DNA of 64,000 nt, from the IMG/VR virus record IMGVR_UViG_2901966883_000003; one strand, 5' to 3'. The notes below the pieces were generated by a model. It did no database searches, was not told the DNA's origin, and was given only the letters and a program-made list of their open reading frames with translations. This DNA comes from a virus (lineage: Duplodnaviria; Caudoviricetes). A program made the translations under genes and the position numbers. Below, in pieces: positions 17,384 through 27,893 of the stretch. How positions within the stretch are numbered: position 1 is the first letter of the stretch; each line of letters opens with the position of its first letter.

Positions 17384-18628
17384 CTAAAGAGTTACACGTC
17401 TGATTTCGTAACCTTTTTTGTTTACTACAATTATCCCTTGTGACCGACTGGATGCAAAACCTTGTTGTACTGCATAAGGGTCAATACCTTTGAATGAACC
17501 AAAGTTAACTTGGAAACGATTTTCCCCAACTTCTGTCATCTTGTAATGGTGGATATGTCCCGCAATTACAGCGTCATAATGTTTGTTATGAATGTCACCT
17601 AACTTAGATAACACACTATTGTTACTATCCACCTTATGTTTGTCCCCATGTACAAATGCAAAACTATGTCCCATCAAATCAATGTCAGTAAAGTAGTAAT
17701 CTTTAGCCTCAACATATTCAACACGTCCATCAGTAACTTCTGCTAAGCTACGAATAATTTGATTGATTAATGTGGAGGCTGTATCACCAGTTAAAGCATT
17801 TTTGTAGTTACCATTCAAACGGTCATGATTACCAGCAATACCTTCATAGGTTACATACGCTACTTCACTTAATCTAGCTAAGAATTTCCAAATCAATCTA
17901 GCAATTTCTGTAACTTGTTCTGATACAGTCTTACGTACTTCAAATGTATTTTGTTGACGCATTTGAGCATGTTCAATAGAGTCACCTAAATTAACCACAT
18001 GTACGTGGATAATATCTTTACGCATTTTAATGAAACTAATTAATTTCCCAGCGTATTCATCTAGTAATCTAGCAGACATTTCTGGGTTGTATTCATTTTG
18101 TGGAATTGAAAAATCAGCCCCATAATGAATATCAGATAAGCAGATGATTAATGAACTAGGTGATTTAACTTGATTTTTGTAAATCTTACTCTTAGGTAAT
18201 TCAGCGAAATTCATATCAGCAACTAAATTACTAATACTATCTGCCACCAAAGCACCCTTAGATATATCACGTTTAACCTTATTTAGTTCTCTACGTTCCT
18301 GTTGTTCAGCAAATTTAGCGTAATGTAGTTCGCCTATTTTCTCTTTTAAGCCCTGTAACTTATTGCTAGACAACATATCAGCGTGTTTCTCTACACTTGG
18401 TAAACTACCTTGTTCTTTTTGTACAGCTTTGATTAAACAACGATAGCTTTCGTTTGAGTCGCTATCATAAAATCCTGATTTTATCATCAACTTTTTGTGT
18501 TCTTTCCAGTTTGTACGTCTACCAGGACTGGCTTTTTGTAGTTCTTCCTTGATTTTAATCGCAGCAGCGAGATGTTCGTCACTTACAGTAACTGTTTCGC
18601 CTTTGCTATTCTTATATCTTCTTGAAAT
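17384..18628 (-). CDS. Calcineurin-like metallophosphoesterase
   Basis: SDIHYG, LGD, GNHDR, HGD, GHIHH motifs; frame stays open upstream of the track start (18490) to an ATT at 18628 behind RBS AAGGTGG. Confidence 0.85.
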   Translation of the reverse strand: MSRRYKNSKGETVTVSDEHLAAAIKIKEELQKASPGRRTNWKEHKKLMIKSGFYDSDSNESYRCLIKAVQKEQGSLPSVEKHADMLSSNKLQGLKEKIGELHYAKFAEQQERRELNKVKRDISKGALVADSISNLVADMNFAELPKSKIYKNQVKSPSSLIICLSDIHYGADFSIPQNEYNPEMSARLLDEYAGKLISFIKMRKDIIHVHVVNLGDSIEHAQMRQQNTFEVRKTVSEQVTEIARLIWKFLARLSEVAYVTYEGIAGNHDRLNGNYKNALTGDTASTLINQIIRSLAEVTDGRVEYVEAKDYYFTDIDLMGHSFAFVHGDKHKVDSNNSVLSKLGDIHNKHYDAVIAGHIHHYKMTEVGENRFQVNFGSFKGIDPYAVQQGFASSRSQGIIVVNKKGYEIRRVTL

Positions 18629-18693
18629 CTTTCATAAAACCACCTTATCTTTTAATATGAAAAGAACCCACTATCGAAGTGAGTCCCTTTTTA

Positions 18694-19671
18694 TTAAGCA
18701 AAATCAGTCTTTAGGAGTTCTAATGCTTGTGTTAATTGGTCGTCACTAGCTTTACTTAATGTGCCTGTAATGCCAATTTCTGTTTTAATTCGTCCAGCGA
18801 ACTCTTTCTTATCGTCTTGTGATAACTCACCCAACATAACCTTGATTTGTTCTGTCTTTGGTAAGCTATCCAAGTCTTCGTTATCTAATTCTTTTTCATA
18901 ACTTGCCTTAGCTTTTTCTGTATCAACATTGTAATCAACGTCAACCGCCTTTAAATCTTTACGGTCTGCAATTACTTCTGCCCAATCTTCAAAGCTAGGG
19001 TTTTCAATGATTTCATCTCGTAAATGTGCTTCTGTACGGTCTTTTTCAACTTGTGCATAATACTTACCATCTTCCGTATAGAAACGTAACACTACATCAT
19101 AATCAAATTTAGCTTGTTTCTTCATATCTGGTTCAATACCAACCTTGATACGCTTGCCATTACCTAAATCTTCCATTGTGTCTTTAGGTTGTGCAATAGA
19201 AACAATATTCATACCAGTAGAAGCTAATTGTAACTTCATGTTTTGCATTGAACGTGCCTTTTGTTTAATCTTACCCCAAGAACGCATAGAAATATTTGCG
19301 TCTAATGCGTCTTGACCTTTTTCTCTAGCACGCTTTTCATCAACTGTTAACAATGCTTCTTGTAAGTTTTCGTAGATTTTTGTTTCTGAGTCAATTACTA
19401 ATGTTTCAAAGGTCTTATCGCCCTTCTTCATTAACTTAACCAACTCTTTTGTTTGTTGTGTAATATCTTTGAATGATTGTGTTTCTAAGAAACCTACTAC
19501 TTGTTCTGCTTTATCAGTACCTTCGTAGAAAGTAGTACCATTTTCTGCGTCAATGTATGCTGACTTAGGGAAACCTAAAGCAAACAATGTCTTGCCAGAA
19601 CCACTTTCTCCGTAAACTAAGAATGTTGCACCTTTTTTCTTCTTTTCTGGTTTTCTAAATTTTAATGCTAT
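18694..19671 (-). CDS. AAA-family ATPase (Sak4/AAA_24-like)
   Basis: Walker A YGESGSGKT lies upstream of the track start, so the gene must begin at about ATA 19671; IDAENG, LVIDSET Walker B, YDVVL, VEKDRT. Confidence 0.85.
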   Translation of the reverse strand: MALKFRKPEKKKKGATFLVYGESGSGKTLFALGFPKSAYIDAENGTTFYEGTDKAEQVVGFLETQSFKDITQQTKELVKLMKKGDKTFETLVIDSETKIYENLQEALLTVDEKRAREKGQDALDANISMRSWGKIKQKARSMQNMKLQLASTGMNIVSIAQPKDTMEDLGNGKRIKVGIEPDMKKQAKFDYDVVLRFYTEDGKYYAQVEKDRTEAHLRDEIIENPSFEDWAEVIADRKDLKAVDVDYNVDTEKAKASYEKELDNEDLDSLPKTEQIKVMLGELSQDDKKEFAGRIKTEIGITGTLSKASDDQLTQALELLKTDFA

Positions 19672-19718
19672 TTTTCCTAAATCCCACCTTATTATTTATT
19701 TGTGTTATGCAATTTTGA

Positions 19719-20873
19719 TTAGAATAAATCTAATTCATCTAATTCACTTTCGCTTGGTGTGTCAACATCACTTTCACCAAACATATCTGCGATTGAAGCC
19801 TCTTCTGGTTCTTCTTCCTTAACAGATGTATCTAAAACTGAAATATCATAACGGTCTTTAGACATTACTGTAATTTGTTGTGTGCGTGGGTCTTTGTATA
19901 CGTATGGTTTTAATACAATGTTTTCACGAATACGCTTGCCACTTACGGTTGATGTACGTTTCAATTCATCTTCTGTAACCACACCTAAATCTAATAAATC
20001 TTTTAAATCATCTGTTAATTCAAAGTCGCCAGTAGATGTTTCTACACCGTCATACATATCAACGACTAAGACAACTTCACGTACTAAATCGTCATCTTCA
20101 ACTGTCATGAATTTTTCAATAACAAATTTTGCACGCTTGATTTCATCTTCATTATTAGCTTTATATACTAATGTTTGTGGGAATGGTAAGACTTTACGTA
20201 CTTCTACACCTTCTTCTTTACCAACATATTGTGGTACGTGTACTGTAATAGTTGTCTTACCTTTTTCTTCTAATTCATCTTCATAATCTGGGGAAATTGA
20301 GTTCTTAGAGAATAAGAATGATTGTCTAAGTGTTGCTTCGTGGCGACCAGCTGATGAACTGTCTGGTACGATTTGAGAGATACCACGAATGCTTAAACGT
20401 CTTTGGATTTGACCGTTGTAGCGATGATATTCAACATCACCCCAAATGTGAACCGTGTCACCATTCTTAAAGGTCTTTTCCATTTCTTCGATAGCGTCTA
20501 ATTCAGATACGAAAACTTTACGAGCGATGTTCCCATTTTCATCTAATTTACCTACTGCAATTAAACTTTGTGGTGAAACATTAGCTACAATGTTTTCGTT
20601 AAGGCGGTTAGCCCAGGGAATATCCATTAAGCCTTCGCCTTGTGTTTTAGAAAGTCTACGTAAGATAGGACGGTTGGGGTCATACCCACCCATCAATTCT
20701 ACGAAAGTTGAGCGTCCTTCTCCTAAGTCTACGGACAAAGCAGCTCTACGATATTTATATGTTGATGAAGCTGATTGTCTAACTTCACCCCATGAGTCTT
20801 CATTTACTCTTAATTCGCCAAACACTTCAAAACGTGCTTGACCTCTTTTCAATTCTTTTTCTAATTCAGCCAA
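19719..20873 (-). CDS. Probable single-stranded DNA-binding protein
   Basis: Beta-rich OB-like segments (GDTVHIWGDVEY), acidic tail ending ELDELDLF, next to the AAA ATPase. Confidence 0.6.
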   Translation of the reverse strand: MAELEKELKRGQARFEVFGELRVNEDSWGEVRQSASSTYKYRRAALSVDLGEGRSTFVELMGGYDPNRPILRRLSKTQGEGLMDIPWANRLNENIVANVSPQSLIAVGKLDENGNIARKVFVSELDAIEEMEKTFKNGDTVHIWGDVEYHRYNGQIQRRLSIRGISQIVPDSSSAGRHEATLRQSFLFSKNSISPDYEDELEEKGKTTITVHVPQYVGKEEGVEVRKVLPFPQTLVYKANNEDEIKRAKFVIEKFMTVEDDDLVREVVLVVDMYDGVETSTGDFELTDDLKDLLDLGVVTEDELKRTSTVSGKRIRENIVLKPYVYKDPRTQQITVMSKDRYDISVLDTSVKEEEPEEASIADMFGESDVDTPSESELDELDLF

Positions 20874-20899
20874 AAATGGCTATCCCTCCTTATTGTTTT

Positions 20900-21586
20900 C
20901 TACAGTAGTGTATCGTACTTAATTGTTTCGACCTTACTTGTTTCCTTGTTTAGGTACTTAATGCCAGCTAATACATGTTCACCTAAATCTTCGTGAATAA
21001 AAGGTGCTACAGTTAAGCCACTGACAAATGCTTTGACAACATCTTCGTTAATCTTATCTTTGTAAGATTTATTAATGACAAAAGTTACCACATCATCTGC
21101 TTCGTGGTCTTGTAAGTAACCAAAGTAATCACCGATTAACTCTTGTTCTTCATCTGTCATATCTTGTACGATTTTGTCGTCATCATGTAAGTTTTCTGGT
21201 GGTTCTGTCATGAACATACCATCATCTTTCATGTTTTCATTAGGTTCGATATGTGTAGCTGTTGCACCAGCGATTTCACCATTTTCTTCTGGTAATTCTT
21301 CTGGTTCAACTGGTTTCATTTCTTGTGTTGTTTCTGGTTTAGTATCAACAGCTTGACCTTGATTTAAAGGTTCTACTTCACCTTGCAACACGTCAAAATG
21401 TAATGCACCTAATGTAGTTTGTATTTCATCATACTTGTGTTGTAGAAATACTTTCTCAACATCATCTGGGTTGTTTACACCAAGCATATACATTACCCCA
21501 TGAATATTTTCTGGACTAATTGCTTCGTCAATATTCATACCAACTTTAATATTGAGAATATGTGTGTAATTTTTACCTTCTACCAT
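20900..21586 (-). CDS. Acidic hypothetical protein
   Basis: 228-aa ORF in operon. Confidence 0.7.
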   Translation of the reverse strand: MVEGKNYTHILNIKVGMNIDEAISPENIHGVMYMLGVNNPDDVEKVFLQHKYDEIQTTLGALHFDVLQGEVEPLNQGQAVDTKPETTQEMKPVEPEELPEENGEIAGATATHIEPNENMKDDGMFMTEPPENLHDDDKIVQDMTDEEQELIGDYFGYLQDHEADDVVTFVINKSYKDKINEDVVKAFVSGLTVAPFIHEDLGEHVLAGIKYLNKETSKVETIKYDTLL

Positions 21587-21631
21587 TCTGGCTTATTCCA
21601 CCCTTCTTTCTTACATAATATTATTAATACG

Positions 21632-22936
21632 CTATCCCATAACATATTGTTTTACAGTAATTACTTGTTTTTGCCAATTATTACTATGATTAATTAAGTT
21701 GATATTTTTAGTTGAGGTGTAACTTTTATCACTATTGCTTACATACTCACCAAAAATATCTCTTAACCTTACGTTCGTTCCTTTAGACATAAATCCACTA
21801 ATATAGCCTTTCTTGTTACTATCCTTGATTTTGACATAATCATTAAGCCAAAAACCTTTAGCGTACTTAGTATTCTTGGCACTCCTTTTGCTAGTTACAT
21901 TAGGTGTTTTACGACCCTTACGTGCTGTAGCCTCATGTAAGGAACGCTTTTTCTTTCTAAATTGTTTAAACATCATAATGCTAGTTGGCTTTGCTTTGAT
22001 TTTTCTAATACCACTAATTGCTACAGCGTCATTATAGTGGGACTTAGTTAAGTCTAAGTCAGCTCGCTGTAATGTTGTCCATGCTCCATACTGAAATTTT
22101 GCTTGAGGAAAAGCTAAAAATAGCCTTCTTCTTAGAATATTCATGAAAGTCGCACCTTTATATGATTTATTAACCTTCTTTTTATTCTTGCACCATTTAG
22201 CCAAGATTCCAGTTTGGTGGTTCTTAGTTGTGTGGCAATTAGAACATACGGTAATTAGATTATCTACGGTATTAGTTCCACCTAATGAACGGTAGATAAT
22301 ATGGTGGATTTTGAGTTTACCACCTTTTTTCTTACAGGCTTGGCAAGTGTAGTTATCTCTAGCTAAAACAAACTGTTTAACAGTTTGATAACCGTATAAA
22401 TCACCTTGCTGATAACCCTCACCATTTATTTCTGGATTCTTCATTTTCTGTATATCAAATTTACCTACTTCGATATGCAAATCAGCTTTAGGTAAGACTA
22501 ATAATAAACGATTAATCCAGTTGATATTATGGTTAACCTTACTTGCTACTGACGGTGGCAACCAGTTATCTTTTCTACTAGCTGTACGATTTAAAAATCT
22601 AGCTTTACGATAACGTGTTTTACGATTACGTCTGCCCCTACGATATATCCTTCTAGTGTCTAGTAGTTTTTTGACATCTTGTCTTAACTCTACTTCGCCT
22701 TGAAATAAGACTTTATCTTGGCTTGTAACAGCTAATCCAATATGTCTTTGACCGCTATCAATACCGATACTTATATCTTGTTTATAACCAGCTGAGCCAT
22801 ATAAGAGTTGAATGGTAAAAGGCTCTTTTTTTAAGACTTTTGCTTTGCCATCTCTCAACAAGATTCTAGCCTTTTTAGGTTTACAAGGCATTAACGCTTC
22901 GCCATGTTGATTAATTACAAAAACTCGATTTTGCAT
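21632..22936 (-). CDS. iscB: IscB RNA-guided endonuclease
   Basis: ALMP (PLMP) domain, GIDSG RuvC-I, RRxxRRxRR bridge helix, IEVGKFD RuvC-II, HNH (CQAC...HHI...NLITVCSNCH), HYNDA RuvC-III; ATG at 22936 has AAAGGAG RBS. Confidence 0.95.
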   Translation of the reverse strand: MQNRVFVINQHGEALMPCKPKKARILLRDGKAKVLKKEPFTIQLLYGSAGYKQDISIGIDSGQRHIGLAVTSQDKVLFQGEVELRQDVKKLLDTRRIYRRGRRNRKTRYRKARFLNRTASRKDNWLPPSVASKVNHNINWINRLLLVLPKADLHIEVGKFDIQKMKNPEINGEGYQQGDLYGYQTVKQFVLARDNYTCQACKKKGGKLKIHHIIYRSLGGTNTVDNLITVCSNCHTTKNHQTGILAKWCKNKKKVNKSYKGATFMNILRRRLFLAFPQAKFQYGAWTTLQRADLDLTKSHYNDAVAISGIRKIKAKPTSIMMFKQFRKKKRSLHEATARKGRKTPNVTSKRSAKNTKYAKGFWLNDYVKIKDSNKKGYISGFMSKGTNVRLRDIFGEYVSNSDKSYTSTKNINLINHSNNWQKQVITVKQYVMG

Positions 22937-22949
22937 CGCTTTTTCTCCT

Positions 22950-23215
22950 TTCATTTTTCATAAGGTATTAATAACCTTATCACGTATCTATCAGAGTTAA
23001 TAAATACATGTAGTTACCCTTCGACAATGTTATCTCAGCTTATTAACAAGGTTGACTAGCACATTAACCTTATGCTTGTTTACAGTGCCTCCATAGAGCT
23101 AGAAACTAGGGTATCATTTCTAGGTATGTTCACTGAAATAACGTAGTTCTCTAAGAACTTAGTCTAGACAACAAAACTATTTAGCTACCTACTTTAGTAG
23201 GTGGTTACTGTTGAC
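22950..23215 (-). ncRNA. IscB omegaRNA (HEARO-like) and element end
   Basis: Begins GTCAAC..ACCACCTACTAAAGTAGGTAG hairpin; contains AGACTAAG..CTACGTT, CCTAGTTTCTAGCTCT and ACATTGTCGAAGGG motifs typical of IscB omegaRNAs. Confidence 0.82.
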
Positions 23216-23839
23216 CCCTTCTTCTTGTGCTAAATTCTCAACCAACATTGAAATTGTAACTCTCAACTCATCTACATCACTGTTATTATCAATGACATAA
23301 ATACTGTTAAGCACTGAATTGTTTGGAATATTTACCTTGCTAACATTTGGAATGTTAGTCTTGATAGTAGGTAAACTTTCAATAAAGTTAAGTTCCTTTT
23401 CGATTTTGTTACCAAAGTTTTCTGTTTGAACATAACCATCACGTTCTTTTAAACGTGATAAGGCAATGTCTTTGTCAACCTTGATATATAGTGGAACAAA
23501 ACCTTTATCTACAAAGTAATGTGAGAACTCTCTTAGCTTGCGAATGTCTGTTACGATAACATCATCAAGGAATCGTTGGTCTGATTTAATTCTCTTGTCT
23601 GTATCGTTAATCCAAACATCTTTGCCAAAGACATTTCTTAATGACTCACCTACACCTTGTAGATGACTACGCTTAATATCGTCTTCATTACCTAGAATTG
23701 AATAACAAACATCATAAATACCATCTGCTAATGCGTATTTCTTAGAATGTCTGTCATAACTGGCTAGATAAGCCAACAATATATCTGCTACTGTATCTTT
23801 ACCACTTCCACCACTGGAAGCCATAATTCCGAAATTGAT
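23189..23839 (-). CDS. Deoxynucleoside monophosphate kinase; 3' end overlapped by the IscB element
   Basis: GSGKDTVA P-loop, LQGVGESLR, DVWI, VTDIR; RBS AAGGAGG best fits ATC at 23839 (track start 23824). Confidence 0.82.
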   Translation of the reverse strand: MNFGIMASSGGSGKDTVADILLAYLASYDRHSKKYALADGIYDVCYSILGNEDDIKRSHLQGVGESLRNVFGKDVWINDTDKRIKSDQRFLDDVIVTDIRKLREFSHYFVDKGFVPLYIKVDKDIALSRLKERDGYVQTENFGNKIEKELNFIESLPTIKTNIPNVSKVNIPNNSVLNSIYVIDNNSDVDELRVTISMLVENLAQEEGVNSNHLLK

Positions 23840-23880
23840 AAATTTAACCCTCCTTTATCAAATTCTTGTAAGTTAATTAA

Positions 23881-23939
23881 TTATTCTCTAAACACTTAAC
23901 TTAACTATTTTATTATAACATATAATTATATTAAGTCAA
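23881..23939 (-). promoter_or_regulatory. SigA-type promoter with conserved leader motif
   Basis: TTGACT-16-TATAAT with extended TG, then AGTTAAGTGTTTAGAGAATAA; near copy of the 14.6 kb promoter. Confidence 0.8.
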
Positions 23940-23980
23940 TAATTATAAGCAAAAAAATAAACGTGCGATTTCTCACACGT

Positions 23981-25327
23981 TTAGCGAACCCTAGTTCCAA
24001 GATAGTTTGCATAAAACTTATGGTACTGTAATTGTATAAATCTCATGTCGTCAACAGTAATAAAACCATCTGCATGGAGCATGCCATACCTTCTCATGTT
24101 ATTTGCTATTAAATCTAAATTCTCTTTGTCTTCAAAATAATCACCTTTTGGTTTTTCACCATGTTCCTCTTCATACTCACGAACTACGTCCATAAAGTTT
24201 AACATTCTGCCTATTTGCGTTAGGTCGGTAGCTTTTTTCATCTTATCATCATATTTCATCACAGCAACACGCACTTGTCTTTCTGTAATTCGTACATACT
24301 CATCATTTACAGCTCTCACACCGACTATCAAAGAACCGTCAGAAGATTTTGTATGCACCATACCCAAGTACTCGTTCATTTTCAACTTTAAACTCAACGG
24401 TATTTCTATAGTTCTAGTTCCCATTTTAGGATTTCTGATTGTTAGGACACCATTGTCCTTAAAGTCTTTTGAATTAAAATCTTTCTCGTCTAGGTATTGA
24501 AACTCATCTATTGTTGCGCCTAACAATATAAGGCAGATAATAACTTGGTCTCTTGCATTAGTAAACCTATATTTAAAACTTTTGCCTCTGCTATATACTG
24601 TCCCTAATACTTTGTTTATTTCACCATATAAAGTTTGACTACTTTCAAGCTCGGCATTAGAACGTTCTGCCACTTCTTTTACAACATGCTTTATATAAGT
24701 ATCTGTGTATTCTTCTATCTCTGTTTCTGTCATGCCATCGTGTTTCAATAACCCTTTAACACACCACAAAAACTCACTTCTTTCAAAACCAGCTGTTGCT
24801 ATTCTTTCTGAATAAAAATATTTACAAAAATCTTCTACTGGTATTTTGGATAAAGGTTTACCTTCTTTTTCTTCCACCTCCCCTATCCAAGACATTCTAT
24901 CAGCTATCTTCCTCTTTTTTATATTTAGGTCATTAGCTCTTAAAACACACGAATTTTTAAATGCTAGATTGTAGCCCTCATATACTGTATAGTCTATGAG
25001 TTTTACATTACGCACAACCCTCCCAAGTACCATTTTACTAGGAATATTTTGGTAATTGGGGAAATGCACAATTTTAATTCCCTCTTTTAAAAACTCCTCA
25101 TCTGACATTCCGTCCAATCTTTTATACCAATATTCGTCAGAATGTAGACTATAAAAGTAGTCACGAATAGCGTAATATTCATCTAACATTTGATTTAGAT
25201 ATTCAATATCGTCTCTTTTTCTTGCTTCATAAGTCAGATTATGACAAAGACGCATGAGTTTTTCATACTCTTCATGCGTCACCATTCTTACATTAATTTC
25301 ATTAAAAGTTCTCTCCATTTTCATCAC
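23981..25327 (-). CDS. Degenerate tyrosine-recombinase-fold protein (MrpR/YopR-like repressor candidate)
   Basis: NARDQVIICLILLGATIDEFQYLDEKDF...TRTIEIP resembles integrase box I without the catalytic Arg; no HxxR motif. Confidence 0.55.
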   Translation of the reverse strand: MMKMERTFNEINVRMVTHEEYEKLMRLCHNLTYEARKRDDIEYLNQMLDEYYAIRDYFYSLHSDEYWYKRLDGMSDEEFLKEGIKIVHFPNYQNIPSKMVLGRVVRNVKLIDYTVYEGYNLAFKNSCVLRANDLNIKKRKIADRMSWIGEVEEKEGKPLSKIPVEDFCKYFYSERIATAGFERSEFLWCVKGLLKHDGMTETEIEEYTDTYIKHVVKEVAERSNAELESSQTLYGEINKVLGTVYSRGKSFKYRFTNARDQVIICLILLGATIDEFQYLDEKDFNSKDFKDNGVLTIRNPKMGTRTIEIPLSLKLKMNEYLGMVHTKSSDGSLIVGVRAVNDEYVRITERQVRVAVMKYDDKMKKATDLTQIGRMLNFMDVVREYEEEHGEKPKGDYFEDKENLDLIANNMRRYGMLHADGFITVDDMRFIQLQYHKFYANYLGTRVR

Positions 25328-25403
25328 CTGTCCCTATCAATTATACCAAAGACTTATGTTACAGGTCTAGGTGCTAACCTCAATTAAGAGTTTAGTGTAT
25401 AAA

Positions 25404-26432
25404 TTAGTCAACTCCCATTCGAGCTGCGTCACGTGATAACATATCAGCAACTTCTGGTCTATTATTAATCAACATCAATAATTGTTCCTTCTTTAATTTA
25501 CTAAAATCAACGTGTGTATCTGAACTATACAAAATTGTTGTACCACTATCATTTGGGTTGGGATTATTTCTAATATAAGTCATTGTTGTATCTAAACTTT
25601 CATGGTCTAATAGTCTTGATGTAGCAACAATATCTTTAGTAATGCTATAAAATGTAGTAGCAGCACCAACCTTTAATGAATGTGGTGTCCAGTTACGTCC
25701 ACGAAGGTCGCTAAATTCCTTCATGTAATTACGCAAGGTTGTTTGTTTCATACCCTTAAATACTAACTCATCATCATTTCCATCATAACCCATAGTTTCC
25801 TTTAAGTTATTAAAGTGTTTTACTGGAATATCTTTATCATTCAATTTACGTCCCTTATCAATTACTTTTAACTTAGCAAAAGTACCACCATAAGGACTTT
25901 CATAAACTGTAAAGTCACTCCAACGAATAGTGAATGCAGCTGAAACACGAACTGCTGTATGAAACATGAAATCAATCAATGTAGCATATTTATATCCATT
26001 TGACTTGTTATCAATCAACCAACTTTCCATTTCCTTAACTTCTGATTTGGAAATTTGCTCGTTATGTCCACCATCTTTAGCAGATAAATCTTTTGTATAT
26101 AATACATCATTAACCAGATGGTCGAAGTTAACATTAGGATAAATATCTGCACGTCTAATAGCACCAAAATATGACTTGATTGAACGTAGGTAGTTAACAA
26201 TCGTAGTTTCTTTAGCTTTCTTGCTCCCTGTTAAGAATGTTTTGATATATTTACCATAAACATCATGATATGTTAAGTTAACCAAATCTTCTTCTGTTAG
26301 TTCCCAAGCCTCTTTACCAAAGACCATTTCAGAAAAGTTATCTACCTTTGCTTGATATTTTGTTCTTGTGTTTTCTGACTTGCTTTCCAACCAACTTGTG
26401 TATACATCTCTAATTTCCATAATAATTACCAC
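25404..26432 (-). CDS. Tyrosine recombinase / integrase
   Basis: KSENTRTKY N-terminus, HTAVRVSA (R), DKG (K), PHSLK, LLDHESLDTTMTY. Confidence 0.88.
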   Translation of the reverse strand: MVIIMEIRDVYTSWLESKSENTRTKYQAKVDNFSEMVFGKEAWELTEEDLVNLTYHDVYGKYIKTFLTGSKKAKETTIVNYLRSIKSYFGAIRRADIYPNVNFDHLVNDVLYTKDLSAKDGGHNEQISKSEVKEMESWLIDNKSNGYKYATLIDFMFHTAVRVSAAFTIRWSDFTVYESPYGGTFAKLKVIDKGRKLNDKDIPVKHFNNLKETMGYDGNDDELVFKGMKQTTLRNYMKEFSDLRGRNWTPHSLKVGAATTFYSITKDIVATSRLLDHESLDTTMTYIRNNPNPNDSGTTILYSSDTHVDFSKLKKEQLLMLINNRPEVADMLSRDAARMGVD

Positions 26433-26473
26433 CCTTTAATCATTAATCTTTATTGTTATTTTGTTTTTATCTT

Positions 26474-26725
26474 CTAGTTCATTAATCTTTGATAGTCTGC
26501 TTTGCTAACACTTCTAAAACCATTAGCGTTCAATTCACTTACTTGATTATTTAACTCATCTTCATTCATTACATTAACAGCTGGATATTCATGAAAGTTA
26601 ACATAAATATCATCATCTGTTGCTGGAGTACCTTTATAGTACACATTGTTTTCGTAATTGATATGCAATCTCACTTCATTGTTTTCGCCTTGACTTGAGA
26701 TGACTGTTATTAAATTCTTTTTCAT
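26474..26725 (-). CDS. Hypothetical protein
   Basis: ORF with AAGGAG RBS after the promoter at 26774-26801. Confidence 0.7.
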   Translation of the reverse strand: MKKNLITVISSQGENNEVRLHINYENNVYYKGTPATDDDIYVNFHEYPAVNVMNEDELNNQVSELNANGFRSVSKADYQRLMN

Positions 26726-26743
26726 ATTGCATCGTTGCTCCTT

Positions 26744-26801
26744 TATTCTTTTAGCTTTTAACTTTACAACTGAATTATATCACATTTACTACCATTGTCA
26801 A
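26744..26801 (-). promoter_or_regulatory. SigA-type promoter with leader-motif variant
   Basis: TTGACA-16-TATAAT with extended TG, then AGTTAAAAGCTAAAAGAATAA. Confidence 0.75.
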
Positions 26802-26955
26802 TAACAGAAATAACGTTATTTTTGTTATTTCACCTTACACTCTTGCTTTGCCTCTTCTGTTGACACTTGCGACTTTTTACTACTTTTCTTAAATTTTGTA
26901 CTTAAAAAGCGATGAACTTAATCATCGCTCCTCTTGGCTTTTCAGTTACTATATC

Positions 26956-27687
26956 TTATTCTTCTGTACGTTTAACTTTCTTAACTGTACTTTCAAGCAA
27001 GTATCTACCGTCTAAAATAAATCTGATATACCAGTTATTATCATTTTCTTCAACACAAATTTTAACGCTATCAGCTTTTACTTCAGACAAGGTTTTTGCC
27101 ATATCATACGTTACTAAAAATTCTAATTCATCTCTATTACTTGAGATTGTTTCTAAGGATAAAGTATAATCCGTCACACCGATATTTAATTGTCCTTGCT
27201 TTAACTCATGGTGGATTCCAACACTACGTTTATCTAGTGATACGTGTTTTAACGCTTGTTTATACGCTTGTTGTAATTCTTTACCGTCAAGGTCAATCGC
27301 AACCATTGTTTGAGAGTTCATGGTTTTTCTTGAACGCATATCTAAACTACTGTATTTAGTTACGTATGTGCCATTGTTGACTACTAACTGGTTATTAGTT
27401 AGCTTAAACTCTACATCTTCACTTTCAATCTTACTTATTTCATTCTTAAATCCAACTGCGTCTCTAAGTAAAACTAATCCTTCTTCTTGGTTTTCTGCGT
27501 CTAGCACTGCCGCAAACTCAATAAAACCGTTATTGTTCGTTTGGTAAAACTCATCTAACTTTCTAACCAGTAGCAAAGTCTGAGTTTTACCAAACACGAT
27601 TGTTAAGTTGTTATTCGTTTTTTCTACTCCTAACTTAAACAAGTTAGTTAATGTTTCTTGTAATTCTTTGGTTTTTAGTTTATTCAT
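26956..27687 (-). CDS. Divergent sliding-clamp (DnaN)-like protein
   Basis: ALKHVSLDKRSVGIHHELKQGQLNIGVTD resembles the clamp ATD segment and the ORF at 33185. Confidence 0.4.
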   Translation of the reverse strand: MNKLKTKELQETLTNLFKLGVEKTNNNLTIVFGKTQTLLLVRKLDEFYQTNNNGFIEFAAVLDAENQEEGLVLLRDAVGFKNEISKIESEDVEFKLTNNQLVVNNGTYVTKYSSLDMRSRKTMNSQTMVAIDLDGKELQQAYKQALKHVSLDKRSVGIHHELKQGQLNIGVTDYTLSLETISSNRDELEFLVTYDMAKTLSEVKADSVKICVEENDNNWYIRFILDGRYLLESTVKKVKRTEE

Positions 27688-27893
27688 TATCCTGTACTCC
27701 CTTTCTTATCCTTCTCAATCTTATACTCTTATTATCATAGGTTTTTACAAGTTTATCAATATCAATTTCATTTTATCTATCTTGACTGATTGTAGCACGT
27801 CAACTCACCCTAAGTAACACGCTGACACCCTTTTAAATTGAAATTATTTTCAACTTCTATTCTTTGGTAAAAATTCTTTTAATCGCCTAACCA

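Noticed and set aside
21632-22936. IscB as Cas9 or as the effector of the mini array
   Set aside because: It is ~430 aa with a PLMP domain and its own omegaRNA, and lies 20 kb from the array.
11112-27817. Plus-strand ORFs opposite the replication genes (e.g. 13361, 15073, 19882, 20455, 26912)
   Set aside because: Ser/Leu/Phe-rich antisense shadows of well-supported minus-strand genes.
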